Below, one piece after another: positions 60,601-64,000 of a DNA stretch of 64,000 nucleotides. Every line of letters starts with the position of its first letter. Within the stretch, counting starts at the first letter, position 1. The position numbers and the translations under genes were made by a program. A model generated the notes under the pieces. The model was not told the DNA's origin. It ran no database searches and saw nothing but the letters and a program-made list of their open reading frames with translations. The stretch comes from Thermodesulfobacteriota bacterium. GTDB lineage: Bacteria > Desulfobacterota > Desulfarculia > JACQYL01. The DNA is taken from NCBI GenBank assembly GCA_963675595.2, contig CAXXLZ010000002.1, positions 3,072,001-3,136,000 on the forward strand, read 5' to 3'.

Positions 60601-63004
60601 ACGCTTCAAGAGAAGAGACGGTTCCACCTTTTGGATGCGCTATTCCGCCAGACTCGTACCGGACAAGGGCTGGATCGAAGGAGTCTCGGAAGACGTTACC
60701 GATTTCAAACGTTCAGAGGAGATGCTGAGAGAAAGCGAGAATCGTTTCCAGGCGATCTTCGATCATGCGGCGATAGGAATCGCCCAAGTGGATTCCGGCT
60801 CCGGGCGGTTCACCAAGGTCAATAGAAGATTCTGCGAAATTACCGGCTTTAGTGCTGAGGAACTTTCGGGGATGGGATTTGCGGACATCACGCATCCTGA
60901 TGACTTGAGCGCCGACCTCGGCAATCTTTCTCGTCTGGCTTCCGGAGACCTTCACAGCTACGTGCTGGATAAGAGATACATCCGAAAGGACGGCTCCGTC
61001 TTATGGGTGAGAGTAACAGTATCCCATCTGAGAGGGGACCGAGGGCGGTCCGGTTTTCATATCACGGTAGTTGAAGATATCGATGAGCTCAAACAGGTCG
61101 GAGAAGCCCTCGAAAAAGCAAAAGTATTCCTGGATAACATGTCGGATATCGCCTACCGGACAGACGACCGGGGAAATCTGGTCTGGGTCAATTCATCCGT
61201 GGAGCGGGTAACAGGCTTATTGCCTGAGGAAGTCATCGGGAAATCATTCACGCCTTTATTCATCGAGAGTGACCATGCGTCCATTAGAGACGTATATAAA
61301 AGAACATTAATGGGGGAATCGCTGGAAAACACGCTCACCTTCAAATCAGGGCTTACTTGTCATTTTACCAGCTTGCCCATGCGTAACGACAAGGGAGAGA
61401 TAATCGGAACATTTGGCGTCGGCCGGGATATTACCGATCGTATCATCGCGGAAAATGCACTCAAAGAAAGCGAAAAACGCTTAGAAAAGGCCCAGGTGGT
61501 GGCCAAGATAGGTAGTTGGGAATATGACCTTTCTACCGGTAAAGTATGGGGGTCTGAAGAAGCTTTTAGAATCTATGATATAAAAAGAGAATCCGAGTTT
61601 CTTCCCCTTGATGAAGTTGAAAGCCACATTATGGATGCAAAAAGGGTCAATCAGGCTTTGGTTGATCTGATAACCAAGGGCGATGATTATGACATTGAAT
61701 TTCAGATCATCAAGCACGGTAGTCAAAGCCTGGCAACCATTCATTCAATAGCAGAGTTGGTTAAGGATGATCAGGGAAATCCGGTAAAGGTAGTAGGCGT
61801 CATCCAAGACATCACGGACAAGAAAGCTAGGGAGGAAGAGAACAGCAAACTACTTGCCCAGTTGCAGCAGGCTCAGAAAATGGAGTCGGTAGGTCGCCTC
61901 GCCGGCGGTGTGGCCCACGACTTCAACAACATGTTGGGGGTGATTCTGGGGCACATCGAAATGGCGATGGACGAGGTAATTCCGTCTCAAGCGATCTATT
62001 CCGACCTCCTGGAAATCCAAAAAGCGGCCAAGCGCTCAGCGGATCTGACCCAGCAGCTTCTGACCTTTGCCCGCAAGCAGACCGTGAGTCCTGAAGTGTT
62101 GAACCTGAATGATGTCGTGGAGGATATGCTCAGAATGCTGAAGCGTCTGATCGGTGAAGATATCGAAATGGGCTGGAATCCGGGTGGTGGACTGTGGCCC
62201 GTCAAAATGGACCGTTCCCAGATCCATCAGATGCTCGCCAATTTGTGTGTCAACGGGCGGGATGCCATCTCGGGAACGGGCAAGATCGTCATGGCGACCC
62301 AAAATGCCGTCTTTGACGAGGGGTCCGTTCCCTGCCGGGAAGGATCGAGGCACGACGAATTCGTGATGATCTCCGTGAGCGATGATGGATGCGGCATGGA
62401 TGAGGAGACGGTTCGCAAGCTTTTCGAGCCGTTCTTCACCACCAAAGGGATAGGAAAAGGAACGGGTTTAGGGTTGTCCACTGTGGACGGGATCGTCAAA
62501 CAGAACGAAGGCTTCATTGATGTATTCAGCAAACCGGGGCATGGAACCAGATTTGAGATCTATCTACCAAGGTACGTTGGAGAATCAGCATCGGTACAGA
62601 GCGGAGCAGAGAAGGAATCCGTGCCCCGGGGCGGGGAGAACGTCCTATTGGTGGAAGACGAGGAAGCCATGCGCGAAACGGCAAAGCGGGTTCTCGAAAG
62701 GTTGGGATATCGGGTGATTGAAGCGGACACCCCGGGTAAGGCTCTAAAATTGGCGGAAGAACATGCGGGTGAAATAGATTTGCTGTTAACCGACCTGGTC
62801 ATGCCGGAAATGAACGGGAAACAACTCTCGGAACGTCTTCTTTCACATTACCCGCAGCTGAAAGTCTTGTTTACTTCGGGTTACACGGCCGATGTTATCG
62901 GTCACCACGTGGGTCTCGACCGAGGAGTGCCTTTTCTAAGGAAGCCGTTTTCCATACAGGAGTTGGCGGGCAAGGTGCGCGAAGTCTTGGACCAAGGGGA
63001 ATGA
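57608..63004 (+). CDS. Hybrid histidine kinase (REC-REC-multi-PAS-HisKA-HATPase-REC)
   Basis: Two N-terminal receivers, about 9 PAS repeats, GGVAHDFNNML, GKGTGLGL, C-terminal REC. Start uncertain (57593-57623). Confidence 0.93.
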   Translation: MKEGLVNQEESAPRGAFAVVVNDDATQLNLLSLLLRKAGLETRMFSDGEAALAAVSAWERASGDDSDAVPALIVTDLHMPGIDGWRLCRLLRSPDYAAFNRVPILVVSATYGGEEASLIAADLGADGFMSSQVDGARFIEKVQSLLRGEHVRERLRVLIVEDGKALSDVLKETFEKGGYHPETAATVEEAITKFGRSSYDLAVIDYRLPDGNGGRLLDLFRRERPGCTCLMMTADPDPRLALDWMKRGAAAFLRKPFDPEYLIEVCEKARRERTLLGVQDRLEERTRELRRSEERLRLALAGANLGTWDRHVPSGAVIVNERWAEMLGCSLDEIEPHVRAWESLLHPEDRPRVMKILQSHLDGLSYAYESEHRLRHKSGDWVWVLDKGRVIERDAQENPVRMCGTHMDITELKRTDEARRNSERQFESLFLESPVSIIIHDKDTGEILDANPSAVAAYGFSSIEELKANDFWADPPYSAEEALGWIRKTALEGPQRFEWLNRKRTGELLSEQVRLVPVSIGGVDRILATGIDITARRRAEEALRASEARYEEVISNISDIVWRYEVDDHGKCVDSYISTVADRILGLSEGTVGDSFEAFLSHVHPEDVPAVWKAMKEGLASRTRDASIEYRLCRGDGAVVWVRSHGSAYLQPNGHVVAFGTTADITELKRAGSRLKESETNFRNFFETMTDMIMVATPEGRILHCNAATERRLGYSAEELTAMHVADVHPKEERPEAERVFAAVLRGERDACPLPLVARGGEIIPVETRLWSGKWNERDCIFCMSKDLTAEREAQQRFESLFRNNPTPMALSDLPDRCFVDVNDAFLETLGYDVSEVIGKSTEELGLFPDPKQQALTADKLEHEGRVNGIELQVRRKDGKILDGLFSGEVLSAQGRQYLLTVMVDVTERKQMEKALRAAEETYRNIFLNSQIGLFRTHMDSGMLLEANNAHAVFLGYPDRASLFAEPFSIAEQYVNPADRMEMIRVLKARGELRNYEARFKRRDGSTFWMRYSARLVPDKGWIEGVSEDVTDFKRSEEMLRESENRFQAIFDHAAIGIAQVDSGSGRFTKVNRRFCEITGFSAEELSGMGFADITHPDDLSADLGNLSRLASGDLHSYVLDKRYIRKDGSVLWVRVTVSHLRGDRGRSGFHITVVEDIDELKQVGEALEKAKVFLDNMSDIAYRTDDRGNLVWVNSSVERVTGLLPEEVIGKSFTPLFIESDHASIRDVYKRTLMGESLENTLTFKSGLTCHFTSLPMRNDKGEIIGTFGVGRDITDRIIAENALKESEKRLEKAQVVAKIGSWEYDLSTGKVWGSEEAFRIYDIKRESEFLPLDEVESHIMDAKRVNQALVDLITKGDDYDIEFQIIKHGSQSLATIHSIAELVKDDQGNPVKVVGVIQDITDKKAREEENSKLLAQLQQAQKMESVGRLAGGVAHDFNNMLGVILGHIEMAMDEVIPSQAIYSDLLEIQKAAKRSADLTQQLLTFARKQTVSPEVLNLNDVVEDMLRMLKRLIGEDIEMGWNPGGGLWPVKMDRSQIHQMLANLCVNGRDAISGTGKIVMATQNAVFDEGSVPCREGSRHDEFVMISVSDDGCGMDEETVRKLFEPFFTTKGIGKGTGLGLSTVDGIVKQNEGFIDVFSKPGHGTRFEIYLPRYVGESASVQSGAEKESVPRGGENVLLVEDEEAMRETAKRVLERLGYRVIEADTPGKALKLAEEHAGEIDLLLTDLVMPEMNGKQLSERLLSHYPQLKVLFTSGYTADVIGHHVGLDRGVPFLRKPFSIQELAGKVREVLDQGE

Positions 63005-63270
63005 AATCGTTTGAAATCGCGACGGGCCGAGTCCCCGGGAAGGGTGAGGAGGTTTCATGAATGCAGAGATTGGAAACGACGGATGCCCCGGATTTCTCCT
63101 CAGGACGGCGCCAAGCGAATCCAAAGAGGCACGATGGGGAGTGCCGTTGTTTCGCGACGTATCCAAAACGAAGTATGGCCTAACGGGATTTCGACGATCC
63201 CCACACTGATCGTTTCCCATGGACTTGATACATACATCGACGCGAATTTCCCTTCGACTGGAATCAAGAG

Positions 63271-64000
63271 ATGAGCGACGGAAGAGAACGAGATGGTGAG
63301 TTCCTGAAGAACCTGGGTGATGGAGATGTCCCGGCGACGGCCTCCCGCGACGAAAGAACGGCCGCAACAGGTCCGGATAGGCTTCTGGAGGAACTTCGCG
63401 TCCATCAAGCGGAGCTGGAAATGCAGAATGAAGAGCTTCGGGCCGCCCGGGAGTCCATGGAGGTATCATGGGACCGGTTTTCAGCTCTTTTTCATCGCAC
63501 TCCCGTGGGGTATGTGCTTCTCGACGAGAGGGGCATGATCCTGGAAGTGAACGAAACTTTTCTCCGGATGGTCGGGCGTACGAAGGATCGTGTAAGAAAC
63601 GGGGCCTTTTTCGCATTCATCGGGGAAGGAGACAGATCGGTATTTCAAGGGCATTACGAGGCGCTTTTTAACAACCCGGCGGGTAAGTCGGCGGAATTCG
63701 AGCTTCTCACGGAAGGCGAATCCGTTTGGGTTCGGATGGACGCCTCCAGGATCGGTGGCTTCGAGGATTCCCCGATGGAAGAAAAGTCCTTGCTGTTCCT
63801 GACCCTGGGCGATATTTCGGAACGCAAACGGGCGGAAGAACGCGAGAGCCACATCAAGCGGGTGCTGATGGCGGTGCGCAACGTGAACCAATTGATCGTC
63901 CAGGAAACCGATCCTCTGAGACTGATTGACACGGCCTGCAAGAATCTTACGGAAACGTTGGGCTACTTTCAGGCCTGGATCGCCCTGTTGGATGAGACGG
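63271..64000 (+). CDS. PAS/GAF signalling protein, probably another hybrid kinase, truncated by window edge
   Basis: Not in the track. Read manually: MSDGRERDGEF...LLEELRVHQAELEMQNEELRAARESMEVSWDRFSALFHRTPVGYV...LGDISERKRAEE, then the start of a GAF-like domain. The frame is open to the end of the window. Confidence 0.85.
   Translation, partial: MSDGRERDGEFLKNLGDGDVPATASRDERTAATGPDRLLEELRVHQAELEMQNEELRAARESMEVSWDRFSALFHRTPVGYVLLDERGMILEVNETFLRMVGRTKDRVRNGAFFAFIGEGDRSVFQGHYEALFNNPAGKSAEFELLTEGESVWVRMDASRIGGFEDSPMEEKSLLFLTLGDISERKRAEERESHIKRVLMAVRNVNQLIVQETDPLRLIDTACKNLTETLGYFQAWIALLDET

Larger units (their letters stand above)
29627..64000. mobile_element. Putative tRNA-Gln-anchored genomic island carrying signal-transduction genes (right end outside the window)
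   Basis: tRNA followed by an integrase remnant and an IS, then an abrupt switch from housekeeping to accessory genes with patchy GC content. Confidence 0.6.

Noticed and set aside
1-64000. CRISPR arrays, rRNA, anti-phage defence or prophage structural genes
   Set aside because: No repeat-spacer periodicity, rRNA-like sequence, or nuclease/phage structural motifs were seen.

Overview
The window looks like a GC-rich sulfate-reducer/syntroph chromosome (Desulfobacterota-type gene content; taxonomy is inference) and has two halves. 1-29.6 kb is mostly core genome: a sigma-54-driven USP / TauE / TIGR02186-like / PEP-dikinase-like / response-regulator cluster with its NtrC-type two-component system, a bile-acid:Na symporter-family gene, an acyltransferase-GNAT fusion, pal, a four-subunit 2-oxoacid:ferredoxin oxidoreductase plus an ACT protein, an M12 metallopeptidase, a ClpX-like-ahbC-hemB-ahbD heme operon, a Tat-exported glycoside-hydrolase-like lipoprotein and tRNA-Gln(CUG). 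Directly after the tRNA come a decayed tyrosine integrase and a frameshifted IS701-like element, then a >32 kb signal-transduction island that runs off the window. The island holds a CheB-CheR-PAS fusion with no output domain, an MCP, REC and TPR proteins, CheV, five large PAS/GAF kinase genes (the last one partial) and a REC-GGDEF. Best candidates for an undescribed system: (1) a corrinoid protein, a UroD/MtaA-fold protein lacking the usual catalytic motifs, and a Cys-rich DUF1638-like hybrid kinase encoded together, suggesting B12/methyl-based sensing; (2) three kinases whose N-terminal QAELEMQNEEL helix mirrors the NEEL heptad coil of the CheB-CheR fusion, suggesting methylation-tuned kinases. 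All family assignments come from motif recognition, not database searches.
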